A stretch of 64,000 nucleotides of DNA from an uncultured Rikenellaceae bacterium. GTDB taxonomy: Bacteria; Bacteroidota; Bacteroidia; Bacteroidales; Rikenellaceae. Below are positions 46,431 through 56,398 of this stretch, one piece after another. The DNA lies in the NCBI GenBank assembly GCA_944321925.1, contig CALUND010000018.1, forward strand, positions 43,555 to 107,554, read 5' to 3'. The notes under the pieces were generated by a model. It was not told the DNA's origin. It saw nothing but the letters and a program-made list of their open reading frames with translations, and searched no databases. Each line of letters starts with the position of its first letter. Position 1 is the first letter of the stretch. Position numbers and translations under genes: made by a program.

Positions 46431-47298
46431 GGGAAACAGAAGGAAGCGTATCCGAAACGAGGCTGTCTCCAGTCCCTACCGGACGGAACATCTCCGGCCA
46501 AAACGTGTAGTCGAATTTACTGCGGATGAGCGAATCGGCAGCCAACTCCGGATCGAGATAACGAATAACAACCACCGTGTCGAATTGCATGCGGGGAGGC
46601 GACGGGTGAAGATCGTAAGGGTTGAGATCCAGCACCAAAGAGCGGATCGACGTGTCCACATCAAAAGTTCTGGAAAACTCGCCTCGACGCCTACGCTGGA
46701 GTCGATGCACCACTTCGGAAAGGCGTCTGCCCTGACGATCGACCAGATAGTGACGGGTACGAAGCAAAACATTCTGATCGGTCGAGTCAATCGAATAGCG
46801 ATAGCTTACCTCATACTCTCCGGGAAGATCCACCGGAAGTTCGATATGCAGTTTGGATGTGTCGGACACGCGCCGAACCGTGATGAGCGTGTCGCTGAAA
46901 AGAATCTTGCTATAACGGTCCCGAATAAGCCGGTCGGCCGAATCGAGCCGGGCGACACGAACCTGATAAAGGCCGCTTTCGCGCTCCAACCGCTTGATCA
47001 CTTCATCGACCACGTCGGCCAGCTTGGCGCTTTTGCGTTTGGAGAAGTTACCGATCGTGTACTCCACATCCTCACGCGTATAGCCGTATTTGGCAAAGAT
47101 CGGTCCATAGAGATCGACCGAATCGACATCCACCTTCTCGTTCAACACATAGGCATTGGCCAAATAGGCGTCGTGAAAGATCGAAGCCAATTCGTCATCG
47201 GGAATCACCTTCCGTTCGTTGCAAGCCGACAGGAGCAACGCCGTCAGCAGCGCCACCACATACCATCCGTATCTCATTCGGTTCCTCTTCATAAGCAC
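46375..47298 (-). CDS. Lipoprotein of unknown function (DUF4296-like N-terminus)
   Basis: 307 aa. Lipobox in MRYGWYVVALLTALLLSACNE. The 3' end overlaps the amidohydrolase start by 56 nt in another frame. Confidence 0.7.
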   Translation of the reverse strand: MLMKRNRMRYGWYVVALLTALLLSACNERKVIPDDELASIFHDAYLANAYVLNEKVDVDSVDLYGPIFAKYGYTREDVEYTIGNFSKRKSAKLADVVDEVIKRLERESGLYQVRVARLDSADRLIRDRYSKILFSDTLITVRRVSDTSKLHIELPVDLPGEYEVSYRYSIDSTDQNVLLRTRHYLVDRQGRRLSEVVHRLQRRRRGEFSRTFDVDTSIRSLVLDLNPYDLHPSPPRMQFDTVVVIRYLDPELAADSLIRSKFDYTFWPEMFRPVGTGDSLVSDTLPSVSHAQDSLPLPADSGRTALR

Positions 47299-48506
47299 AT
47301 ATCGGCTCGTGTGATCATTTTCGCCACCGTAAATTTAGTGATAAAATAGCAAACTGCCGCAAATGTAGCCACCGTAACGAACAGATCGGCAATCCGCAAC
47401 TCTACCGGATAGCTCTCCACAAGGAAGGTTTCCGCCGGGATGCGGATCCAGCCGAAATGTTGCTGAAGCAGGCAAAAAACGACCCCCAGGAGAAATCCGC
47501 CGATGCCGCCGATGCCGCCGATCAGCAATCCCTCATGCACGAAAATCCGCCGGATCAAGGGTAACGGAGCTCCCATCGCCGCCAAAATGCGTATGTCGGC
47601 CCGTTTATCGAGAATCAACATGGCCAACGATCCCACGATCGAACAGGAGGCGATGAGCAATACCATCGCCGCAATGAAAAAAATACCCCACTTCTCGTAA
47701 CGCATCAGCCGATACATCGAGGCTTTCTGTTCGTAACGGGTCTCCACTTTGAAATCGGAACCCACCAGCTCCTCCAACTGCTCCTTGACCCGCTCCGGAT
47801 CGCTCCCCGGGGCAACGCGCACCGCCACGGCCGATGCCCGTCCCTCGTAATCGAAAAGCCGCTGGGCAAAACCGAAAGGAACGAGCAGGTATTTTCCATC
47901 CGTGTCGGCATCGAGGACGAAGATGCCTGTCGGGCGCAACACGCCCATGGCATAACCGGCAACCGGAAGCAGCGCGGAGAATGTCCCCCTGCGCGGCGCA
48001 TAGAGGGTCAACGTATCGGAAAACCGGGTACGAATGCCCAGTTCGTAGGCTATCCCCTGACCCACCAACGCATCGTCGAAATCCCCGTCGAGCGTATACT
48101 CTCCCTCTCGCACCATGCTGCCGATCGGAACGACCCGATCGTAACGATCCCCCACACCGCGCACCAAAACGGTCTGCTGGTTTCCCCGATACTCCGCCAA
48201 GGCATTCTCCTCAAGCACCCAACTCCATGTGGCAACCCCTGCCGAAGAGGCAAGAGTTGTCGTATCGACCCGAGCCGTATCGAATACCTTGCCGGTACGG
48301 GGCGAAATGAGAATATCCGGATCGAAATCGTGATACATGGCCCGTACCAGCCCCTCAAACCCGTTGAATACGGCCAGCAAAATCACCATGGCCGCAACGG
48401 GAACCCCCACTGCAATGGCGCTGATGCGCGCAATCACTCCGATCACGCTGTGGGACTTGCGCGAAAGCAACAGGCGGCGGGCCAAAAACAGGGATAAGGA
48501 ACGCAT
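47289..48506 (-). CDS. FtsX-like ABC-transporter permease (LolC/E family)
   Basis: ORF 47289..48629. Preferred start is 48506 (MRSLSLFLARRLLLSRKSHSVIGVIARISAIAV). Large periplasmic loop plus three C-terminal TM helices. Confidence 0.85.
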   Translation of the reverse strand: MRSLSLFLARRLLLSRKSHSVIGVIARISAIAVGVPVAAMVILLAVFNGFEGLVRAMYHDFDPDILISPRTGKVFDTARVDTTTLASSAGVATWSWVLEENALAEYRGNQQTVLVRGVGDRYDRVVPIGSMVREGEYTLDGDFDDALVGQGIAYELGIRTRFSDTLTLYAPRRGTFSALLPVAGYAMGVLRPTGIFVLDADTDGKYLLVPFGFAQRLFDYEGRASAVAVRVAPGSDPERVKEQLEELVGSDFKVETRYEQKASMYRLMRYEKWGIFFIAAMVLLIASCSIVGSLAMLILDKRADIRILAAMGAPLPLIRRIFVHEGLLIGGIGGIGGFLLGVVFCLLQQHFGWIRIPAETFLVESYPVELRIADLFVTVATFAAVCYFITKFTVAKMITRADMCL

Positions 48507-48522
48507 GGCGCGGTACTCCGGC

Positions 48523-48873
48523 TCACTCCTCCCGGAGCAGCTGATCGATGTTCTCGATATATTCCAATGAATCGTCGAGGAAGAAGGCGAGTTCGGGAAC
48601 GACACGGAGTTGGTTGCGGATTCGCGCACCGAGCGATTTGCGGATCAACCAGTTGTTCTTCTCGACCGAAGCCATGACAACGTCTTTCTTCTCGAACGGG
48701 AAAATACTGAGATAGACCTTCGCATAACCCAAATCGGGACTTACCCGAACGGCCGTCACCGAAACCATGGCCCCATCGAGCAGCCGGGAGAGATCCCGAA
48801 GGAAAATCTCCCCGAGGTCCTTTTGAATCTGACGAGCGATTTTTTGCTGGCGAGTTGTCTCCATAGTCGTCAT
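48523..48873 (-). CDS. rbfA: Ribosome-binding factor A
   Basis: 116 aa. RbfA-like sequence: RQQKIARQIQKDLGEIF...VTAVRVSPDLGYAKVYLS. Confidence 0.92.
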   Translation of the reverse strand: MTTMETTRQQKIARQIQKDLGEIFLRDLSRLLDGAMVSVTAVRVSPDLGYAKVYLSIFPFEKKDVVMASVEKNNWLIRKSLGARIRNQLRVVPELAFFLDDSLEYIENIDQLLREE

Positions 48874-49658
48874 TGTTGTACGTGAATATTGGTAAATTCG
48901 TTGCGATCCGCCTTCCGTTCGGCAGCCCGGGCCGGTCGTTTCCGGAGCGGCGGCGCCTTGATACCACCCTTACCCAGCCGATAGAAGACGGCAAACGTGA
49001 TGGAAAGGTTGTCGAGCTCGGAGCGGAGGGGATTCTGAGAATATTTCGTTCGATTGCGCAGGATGTCCGAGAAGCCGTAATAATAACGTCCTTCGACCCC
49101 GATGTCGAAACGCCCCACGAGCACACTCAAACCGACACCGCCGCAAAGTCCGTAACCCCACCGGCAGTCGCGGGCCGTCATCCATTCGTATTTCCCGCTC
49201 GAAATAATTCCGTCGCGTTTCGTCCCGCTCTCATAGCGCGAAGTCATGTTGTAGGTAAACGTGATGCCGGCATTGAGAAAGAACCGCACTTTGCGATTGA
49301 AAAAATAGAGATGCGGCTGCCACATGAAAGGAATGGTCAGCGAGGTCACCGTACGTTTTTCATAGACCGTGGAGTCGGTCTTGTTGCCGTAATAGTACAT
49401 GAAACCCCGGTCCTGATACTCCAGCTCGGCCGAAATGCCGCCGAGCACCTGCGTGGCGCTATAGTATTTCCACGCCAGACCACCCGTATAGCATCCCCAG
49501 AACATGGCGCTCTCCCGTTTGGGATAGAACCGGCCCATGGCGGCACCGTATCCCCCCTTGATACCGACATAGTGCTGGGCTACAGCCTCTTCTGCCGTCC
49601 CGAACAGACACGCCCCGACGATCAACGCCGCAAACAGATATTTGACCGTCTTACTCAT
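48870..49658 (-). CDS. Outer-membrane beta-barrel protein (porin / PorT-like fold, function unknown)
   Basis: 262 aa. Signal peptide, then alternating aromatic/Gly beta-strand pattern (YVGIKGGYG..., GYGLCGGVGLSV, ITFAVFYRL) and a basic C-terminal tail. Has 4-nt overlaps with both neighbours. Confidence 0.65.
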   Translation of the reverse strand: MSKTVKYLFAALIVGACLFGTAEEAVAQHYVGIKGGYGAAMGRFYPKRESAMFWGCYTGGLAWKYYSATQVLGGISAELEYQDRGFMYYYGNKTDSTVYEKRTVTSLTIPFMWQPHLYFFNRKVRFFLNAGITFTYNMTSRYESGTKRDGIISSGKYEWMTARDCRWGYGLCGGVGLSVLVGRFDIGVEGRYYYGFSDILRNRTKYSQNPLRSELDNLSITFAVFYRLGKGGIKAPPLRKRPARAAERKADRNEFTNIHVQQ

Positions 49659-51727
49659 CGTTGCGTATTCACTACCGTTCCCAGTTTGTCGCGAGCACCG
49701 CTGAGTGCGCTGCCGATTCCGAGACCGCCTCCGCTCTGCTGGTTGTCGGTCTCTCCCTGACGCGCCTTCTCTGCCGCCTGTTTGGCCCTAAGCTCCATCA
49801 ACTTGCGCACGCGTGTCCATTCCGCCTGATTCAACCTGTCGATCAGCATATCCATGGTCAACGGAACGAACAGTTCATTCATATTCGCATCGATCGTAAT
49901 CTCCCAGTTCACCTTCGTGGGGATCTCCTGATCGCCCTCCGCCGTCAGATACATCGCCGAGAGTTCCGGCTGCATGCGTTTGATCAGATCGCCGCCGTCC
50001 CACTTCCCGTTGCGATTCAGGTCCTCGATTACCCGCAGACGCACCTCTCCTTCCGGCAGATAACGGAAGGTGTAGGAGCCCGTACGCACATGCCGTTTCT
50101 CGGCCATCTGCCGACCGCTCCCATCGAGCAACTGCAACACGTATTCCGCCTCCTCATCCTTGCCGATCACATTCACAATGAGCGTGGAGTAATCTTCCGA
50201 CTTGAGAATCGTAAATTCCCGACGAATGGTATCGTTCCGATAGCCGGCCACATTTTCAAAAACGCCGGAAGGGATAAAAAGACAATATTTCGAACCCTCC
50301 TCCCACTCGGCAGCGATCGTCCAACGCCTCATGTTGGCCGTATCCTGTTGGAAAGTATAGGGTACGGAATCCCACTGCTCGGGAGTGATCAGTTTCGTAA
50401 CCGAGATTCGGGGAGAGTCGATCGCCACGAGCGGCATGTCGAATTCCAGCGGCAAATTGGTCTCCGGATTCTGCTCGTTCGAAGAGCTCATGCTTATGCG
50501 GAACGGATTGGGTTTCGGTTTCGGGATATACTCTTCGCCCGCTTTTTCGGCCCGTTCGCGCTCTTTCTCCTCCTTGAGCTCCTCCTTGGTCTTCACATAT
50601 TGCCACGGCAGGGCGAGAGGTTCGGTCACCTCCACCAACCGATTGATCGAATCGTGCTTCATGTAGGTGATCTCACCCTTGATCGTATCGGGCAATGTCT
50701 CCGCCGGGACATGGAACCAAAACGAAATGGTATCGTGCCCCGGGGTCATATACTCCGTGATGATATTCTCGGGAGCGATCCCCTCGAACGTAAGGTTCCT
50801 GATCTCGGGGTTCGCCGCGGAGAACTGCAAAACGGCCTGAAACTGTCCAGGCCGCTCCTTCGAGCGCAAATTCTGCCTTGCGAAGGCCTTGTCGAGAAAC
50901 ATCCGGAAATAGAGCTGCGGATCGGCCGTCGGATAGTGACGCATCGAATCGAGCCAAACGGCAAAATCGGGCATCTCCGCCGGGTTGTACGATCCGTCGA
51001 CAAATCCCACCATATCGACTCCCGGATCGTACTGCTGGTTGTTGTTTTTGTCCTGCACCGCGTAGACGCGATAAGGAATCGGTTTGAGATTCTGCGCAAT
51101 AAAAATACCGTTATTCTCCGAACGGGCCACCGCGATCGGTCGCCCCTTGAGCAGGGTAGAGTCGTATTCCGGCATCGAATCGGCGGCCGCCTCGAAAAAG
51201 AAGATGAAACTTTTACCGAGGCTGTCTCCCGTACGGGCATTCTCCGTGTAGCCCGTCATCAGCATCGAATCGATCTCGTCGCCGGTCGAAAAGACGTAAC
51301 GCAAACCGTAAAGGATGTTCCCCTCGTTGTTGTCGCGTATCGTACTGCCGAAATTGAGCGAATAGGTCTGGTTCTCGAGCAACGTATCCTTGATATCGAT
51401 CTGCACGCCGCGTCCGCGCTGCGTAAGCGTCGGAATCTTCTTCATGAACGGCGAGGTGTAGAACTCCTTGACCTGGTCTTTGAGCTGGATATATTCGTCG
51501 AATTCGATGAAGATGCGTTTGTCCGTAAAACGCGTGGCGCCCGCAAGCGGTTTCATGGAGACGACCCGTGGAGGGATCGAATCGCGCGGTCCTCCTGTTG
51601 GGGTCATCTGGCGGGCGCACTGCATAAACAGTCCCATGCAGAAAAAAGCCGCCACGGCCAGCCTCAACACCAGACCGGATAGCTTACGGAACAGATTATG
51701 CAAGAAAACGCTTCTCATCGTGCGCAA
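49655..51727 (-). CDS. Large Ig-like (SbsA-type) domain protein, membrane-anchored or lipoprotein
   Basis: 690 aa. N-terminal hydrophobic anchor with Cys (FFCMGLFMQCARQ). The following segment, DSIPPRVVSMKPLAGATRFTDKRIFIEFDEYIQL, is typical of SbsA_Ig-like domains. Confidence 0.7.
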   Translation of the reverse strand: MRTMRSVFLHNLFRKLSGLVLRLAVAAFFCMGLFMQCARQMTPTGGPRDSIPPRVVSMKPLAGATRFTDKRIFIEFDEYIQLKDQVKEFYTSPFMKKIPTLTQRGRGVQIDIKDTLLENQTYSLNFGSTIRDNNEGNILYGLRYVFSTGDEIDSMLMTGYTENARTGDSLGKSFIFFFEAAADSMPEYDSTLLKGRPIAVARSENNGIFIAQNLKPIPYRVYAVQDKNNNQQYDPGVDMVGFVDGSYNPAEMPDFAVWLDSMRHYPTADPQLYFRMFLDKAFARQNLRSKERPGQFQAVLQFSAANPEIRNLTFEGIAPENIITEYMTPGHDTISFWFHVPAETLPDTIKGEITYMKHDSINRLVEVTEPLALPWQYVKTKEELKEEKERERAEKAGEEYIPKPKPNPFRISMSSSNEQNPETNLPLEFDMPLVAIDSPRISVTKLITPEQWDSVPYTFQQDTANMRRWTIAAEWEEGSKYCLFIPSGVFENVAGYRNDTIRREFTILKSEDYSTLIVNVIGKDEEAEYVLQLLDGSGRQMAEKRHVRTGSYTFRYLPEGEVRLRVIEDLNRNGKWDGGDLIKRMQPELSAMYLTAEGDQEIPTKVNWEITIDANMNELFVPLTMDMLIDRLNQAEWTRVRKLMELRAKQAAEKARQGETDNQQSGGGLGIGSALSGARDKLGTVVNTQR

Positions 51728-51785
51728 AGATAATACAAGCGACAGGCAGAACCAAAAGCTGTTTCGTTCGAAATTCGTCGCAAAA

Positions 51786-52307
51786 TCACAGATCGTCCAT
51801 ACTCCGGAGAGGGAGCTCCAACGATTGTGTTTCGCTCTCCTCCGTAAAATCGTTTACCACCGTCCATCCCGAATCCGTGTAGAGCGACTGCGTACGCCAG
51901 AGACGAAAATAGACCGGAAGAAGCATCTGAGGCAGGTTTTCCGGTACGGAAACCTCCCGCCAGGCATAGAGCCGGTTGATCGGATCGCACACCACCAGGA
52001 TCGCCGGAGAGGAGGTCAGCCGGAAAGAGATTTTTCCCGCCGTATCGAGTTCCGAATGGAGGTTGTAGCCCCGCAACTCGCCGGTACGCAGGTTCTCCAA
52101 AACCCCCGCCTCGGCCTGTGCGTACGAAGCAGGCGCCCAACTTGTCGAAGAGGCGTAAAAAGCGAATCCGATCGCCTCCGTCGGAGTATAGGCCGGCTGC
52201 CCGGAGACCGACTGGATGTGAGGCGAGACCAGGTAGAGCGTATCGGTTTTCACGCTCGTACAGGCTGCCAACAAGCCCACACACAGACACAGAATGGTTC
52301 GTCTCAT
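51786..52307 (-). CDS. Small lipoprotein of unknown function
   Basis: 173 aa. Lipobox in MRRTILCLCVGLLAACTS. Has a 4-nt overlap with the folK stop. Confidence 0.65.
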   Translation of the reverse strand: MRRTILCLCVGLLAACTSVKTDTLYLVSPHIQSVSGQPAYTPTEAIGFAFYASSTSWAPASYAQAEAGVLENLRTGELRGYNLHSELDTAGKISFRLTSSPAILVVCDPINRLYAWREVSVPENLPQMLLPVYFRLWRTQSLYTDSGWTVVNDFTEESETQSLELPLRSMDDL

Positions 52308-52810
52308 CGCACACGGCCCTCCCTGGCGGCCAATTCATCTCGCAAGCATCCGATCGTTTTTCCCAATACCGGATGGACCCTGTCACGCATCACCTCGCAG
52401 AGCGGAGCCAGCACGAAATCGCGCTCCTGCATCAGCGGATGGGGGATCTTCAACTCCGGCCGATCGATGACCCGGTCATCGTAAAAAAGAATATCTATAT
52501 CGATGCAACGCGAACAGTAGTGCTGCCCCGAAGCCGCTTTTTCCCGCTCTTCGGCCGCCCGATCGCGTCCCAACTCGGTCTCCATCCGTTGTACCTCCTC
52601 GAGCACCTCCTCCGGCGTAAGATCGGTATCGGCAACGAGAACCTGATTGGTAAACATCGGCTCCGCATCGAACCCCCACGCCTTCGATTTGTAGCGGTGG
52701 GAACAACGCATCACAGCCCCTATCCGATCGTTGATCAATCTTTGTGCCTGTTGCAAGCGACTCTTCACGTCGCCCAAATTGCCTCCTGTAATGAGAACTA
52801 CGCGTGCCAT
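52304..52810 (-). CDS. folK: 2-amino-4-hydroxy-6-hydroxymethyldihydropteridine diphosphokinase
   Basis: 168 aa. Motifs VLITGGNLGD, IDIDILFYDD, PHPLMQERDFVLAPL. Confidence 0.9.
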   Translation of the reverse strand: MARVVLITGGNLGDVKSRLQQAQRLINDRIGAVMRCSHRYKSKAWGFDAEPMFTNQVLVADTDLTPEEVLEEVQRMETELGRDRAAEEREKAASGQHYCSRCIDIDILFYDDRVIDRPELKIPHPLMQERDFVLAPLCEVMRDRVHPVLGKTIGCLRDELAAREGRVR

Positions 52811-53949
52811 CAGATTTTCCGTATTTGTTTGCTCACCGTGAGAGCAAAATGTGTGAATACAATAGTCGCATTGCCGTTCTGACGCAGCTGCGCTGCGGCA
52901 AGTTCTATCTCGTTAACGAGATTCTCTATGTTGTGATTGCCTATGAAAGGTGAAAATTTCCGGCAAAAGGCCAACTCCTCGCCCCAAAGATACGCAATCC
53001 GTTCCATTCCGGCTCCGATCATGTAACTCTCGCGCAACAGTCGCAACGCATCGGCCAAAAAGGCTTTTTGGCGCTCGCGACCGAGTCCGGCCGCTTTTTC
53101 TGCCCAGCCGATCAGTTCGAGATGCCTGTCGTTGTAGCTGAAGCGCATGAGTTCCACGAACAGTTCGAAATTCTCACGCTGCTCTTCGCGTCCCTCGCCC
53201 AAAAGGATCTGCTCCGCAGCAAGCAGATCGCCGCCCGAAAGACGCGCAGCCGCCCGTATACGCTCCGCACCTTCGTGACGTACTGCAAGAAACCGTTCGA
53301 TCGATTCCGGATCGATGCCCGGTACGACCACCTCCTGCGTTCGCGACAGAATGGTCGGTAAAAGAGCCGAAGGGCTCTCCGAAACGAGCAAAAACAGCGT
53401 CTTCGGCCACGGCTCCTCCAAAATTTTCAGTATGGTATTGGAGGCTTCCGCCCGCATGCGTTCCGGCAACCAGACGATCACCGCCTTGTAATCCGCCTCG
53501 AAACTCTTGAAAGAGAGTTTCCGGATGATCTCGTCGGCCTCCTTCTTGGAGATCAATCCCTGTTGGTTCTCCAGCTGGATCGCTTCGTACCACATCGATT
53601 CGGTGAAGTACCCTCCCGTCCGGGCAAAAAGCTCCCGCCACTCGGCAAGGAACTGATCGCTGAGTACCGCTTCGCCGCTCTTCTTGCCCTGTCGGTTGAC
53701 CGGCATCACGAAATGGAGATCGGGATGGACCAACGCCGCGATTTTCCGACAGGATGGACACTCTCCGCAGGAGTCTCCGTCGTGCCGCGCCGTACAATTC
53801 AGGTACTGGACATAGGCCAAAGCCAACGGCAATGTACCGTATCCGCTCCGCCCCGTAAAGAGTTGAGCGTGGCTTATCCGTCCCTCATCCACCGCCCGAG
53901 CGAGGTGGCGTTTGAGGCTCTCGTGACCGATCACCTCAGCGAATCTCAT
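52810..53949 (-). CDS. holB: DNA polymerase III subunit delta'
   Basis: 379 aa. Motifs [28 protein letters not shown], a zinc module (CGECPSCRK) and LPTILSRTQ. Confidence 0.88.
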   Translation of the reverse strand: MRFAEVIGHESLKRHLARAVDEGRISHAQLFTGRSGYGTLPLALAYVQYLNCTARHDGDSCGECPSCRKIAALVHPDLHFVMPVNRQGKKSGEAVLSDQFLAEWRELFARTGGYFTESMWYEAIQLENQQGLISKKEADEIIRKLSFKSFEADYKAVIVWLPERMRAEASNTILKILEEPWPKTLFLLVSESPSALLPTILSRTQEVVVPGIDPESIERFLAVRHEGAERIRAAARLSGGDLLAAEQILLGEGREEQRENFELFVELMRFSYNDRHLELIGWAEKAAGLGRERQKAFLADALRLLRESYMIGAGMERIAYLWGEELAFCRKFSPFIGNHNIENLVNEIELAAAQLRQNGNATIVFTHFALTVSKQIRKI

Positions 53950-54455
53950 TTTGCGTCCTCCTTTTTCGATCGGTTAAGAGCTAACAACTCCTGTTCCGCT
54001 CCCGTCGGATCGGCCGGTTTGCCTGCCGTGCCCGTACTGCCAAAACCGCCCGCGCCACGTTCCGTTTCGGACAGCACCTCCGTCTCCACCCACTCCACAC
54101 GGGCATGCGCGGCCACGACCATCTGCGCAATCCGCTCTCCGGGTTTCACCTCGAAGGGCTCCTGCGACAAGTTGACCAGAATGATCCGAATTTCACCCCG
54201 GTAATCGGCATCGATCGTCCCGGGAGAGTTCAACACGGTAATCCCATGTTTGGCAGCCAGCCCGCTCCGCGGACGGATCTGCATCTCATAACCTGCCGGC
54301 AGCTCCACATAGAGTCCCGTAGGGATCATGGCCCGGCAGAGCGGCGCGATCACCACACTCTCCGTCAGGTTGGCTTTCACATCCATGCCGGCCGACTGCG
54401 GCGTCTCGTAACGCGGCAGTTCGTAGGCGGAACGATTGATGATTTTCACTTTCAT
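53946..54455 (-). CDS. dut: dUTP diphosphatase
   Basis: 169 aa. Motifs [17 protein letters not shown] and [10 protein letters not shown], followed by a ~25-aa extension. Confidence 0.93.
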   Translation of the reverse strand: MKVKIINRSAYELPRYETPQSAGMDVKANLTESVVIAPLCRAMIPTGLYVELPAGYEMQIRPRSGLAAKHGITVLNSPGTIDADYRGEIRIILVNLSQEPFEVKPGERIAQMVVAAHARVEWVETEVLSETERGAGGFGSTGTAGKPADPTGAEQELLALNRSKKEDAK

Positions 54456-54463
54456 GGTCTTAT

Positions 54464-55939
54464 CTATCCGATTTTAATTCGAAACATCGTCCACATCCGC
54501 TCCCTTTGGATGGCATAGAGCAGGAAGACACCCACCAACAGCGCATTCAATGCATAATGCAGTACCGGAGAGCAGAGTTGGGTGGCGAAACTCAACCCAT
54601 AAAGCACGGCCCCCAACAACAGATACTCCGCCATGCGCGGCAAATCGTAAGGCGTGGGACAATATTTGCGGTTGAGTGCATAACTCACGACCACCATCAC
54701 CCCCTCGCACAGCAACCTTGCCCAGGCCGCTCCGGCGATACCGATACGGGGGACCAGCAGCAGGTTGAACACGATCGTCACCACCAGACCCGAGCCGGTC
54801 ACCCAGATTGCAAATTTCGTCTGCCCGCTCTGCTTGTACCAGAACGAGAGGTTGAGCACCACCCCCGACAGGATGCAGGCCCCCAGCATGACCGGCAACA
54901 GATAGACCCCTTCCCGGAAATCGCGACCCAGAATCAGTGCGAACAGATCGGTGAAGAGCGTGATTCCCAGGAAAATCAGCACCGAAACAATCCAGTAGTA
55001 TTTGAGAGCCTCGGCATTGGTTCGCACGAAATCGTCCTTCTTGAATCTTGCCAAAAAAAACGGCTCCGCTGCATAACGATACATCTGGGTGAACAGCACC
55101 ATGATTACGCTCAGTTTCACCGCTGCTCCGTAAATGCCCAATCGGCCCATGGCAATATCGTCGGGCAGCAGGTATTTGATCATCTGCCGGTCGAGAAATT
55201 CGTTGGCCGTACCGGCGATGCCGCTCACCAGCAACGGAAGCGAATAGAGCAGCAACTTTTTGGCCATCGCCCGATCGATGCGGGGACGCACCCGATCCGT
55301 AAACGGCAACAACAACGGCAACATGACCGCACTCGCCACCAGGTTGGATACGAGATAATATCCTGCGCCGAACGAGGGATCGAACAGCGTACTCCAGAAA
55401 CCTCCGCCGACAGCCAACCGAGGCAACAGGGAGTAGAAAAAGACACAGAGCGGGACGTTGATGAGCACATTGAGCAACTTCAGGGCCACGAACGTCCGGG
55501 CGCGGCCCTGTTCGCGTAAACGGGCGAAGGGAATGGCGGTCACCACATCGAAAAAGACGATCCATGCCGTCAGACCGATGTAGGCGGGATGCGCAGCATA
55601 GCCGGTCGCCGCAGCGATCGGACGGCAAAACAACAGCATGCCGACAAGAAACAGCGAAGCGGCCAACGTTACGGCACCCCACGCGGTAGCGAACGTGCGT
55701 CGTTTCTCCTCCTCCGAAGAGGCTTGTCCCGCAAACCGGAAATAGCCGCTCTCCATACCGAGCGTCAGCACCACGAGAGCAAACGGAATAAAGGCATAGA
55801 TATCGGTGACCACGCCATACTCGGCATCGGTCATAACCCGGGTAAGGTAGGGAACCAGCAGGTAGTTGAGCAGTCGGGCTCCGATCGTGCTGATCCCGTA
55901 AACGGCCGTTTGGCCGGCAAGTTTTTTCAGTAGGCCCAC
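54464..55939 (-). CDS. MOP-superfamily oligosaccharide/polysaccharide flippase (Wzx-like)
   Basis: 491 aa with about 14 TM helices. N-terminus [28 protein letters not shown] is typical of Bacteroidota 'polysaccharide biosynthesis protein' flippases. Confidence 0.8.
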   Translation of the reverse strand: MGLLKKLAGQTAVYGISTIGARLLNYLLVPYLTRVMTDAEYGVVTDIYAFIPFALVVLTLGMESGYFRFAGQASSEEEKRRTFATAWGAVTLAASLFLVGMLLFCRPIAAATGYAAHPAYIGLTAWIVFFDVVTAIPFARLREQGRARTFVALKLLNVLINVPLCVFFYSLLPRLAVGGGFWSTLFDPSFGAGYYLVSNLVASAVMLPLLLPFTDRVRPRIDRAMAKKLLLYSLPLLVSGIAGTANEFLDRQMIKYLLPDDIAMGRLGIYGAAVKLSVIMVLFTQMYRYAAEPFFLARFKKDDFVRTNAEALKYYWIVSVLIFLGITLFTDLFALILGRDFREGVYLLPVMLGACILSGVVLNLSFWYKQSGQTKFAIWVTGSGLVVTIVFNLLLVPRIGIAGAAWARLLCEGVMVVVSYALNRKYCPTPYDLPRMAEYLLLGAVLYGLSFATQLCSPVLHYALNALLVGVFLLYAIQRERMWTMFRIKIG

Positions 55940-56060
55940 GTGTTCCGTTATCCGATTAATTCATTCGGGCCGACAAAGCCGCACCCCATACACTCCGCTG
56001 GAGACCTCTCAACAAAATATGGCTGTACTGTTTATGCTTTCAGCTTCGGGAAGCCCGGAG

Positions 56061-56134
<74 letters not shown>

Positions 56135-56163
56135 TTCTTCTTGCCCATAGGGCTAAGATTCTG

Positions 56164-56171
56164 CAAATATA
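56164..56171 (-). promoter_or_regulatory. -7 promoter box (TATATTTG on the minus strand) upstream of the tRNA
   Basis: Plus-strand CAAATATA at 56164-56171, 30 nt upstream of the tRNA 5' end. Confidence 0.4.
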
Positions 56172-56398
56172 GAAAAAATTTCGTTATCCCTCTCGAAAAA
56201 ATACATTCTCCCGACCGCCCCGCTGTGCTGGTCCCCAAAACACGCCTCTTCGGCACACCCTCAACTTCCTCAATCCGATTCCCAGCCCGACCAAAACCAC
56301 GTTTTTCCGACCCATATATCCTAAAAATAATCCGGGAAAATTTGGCCATTTTCCCCAAATCTCTATTTTTGTGCAGTAGCAACCAAAAATCCATCAAA

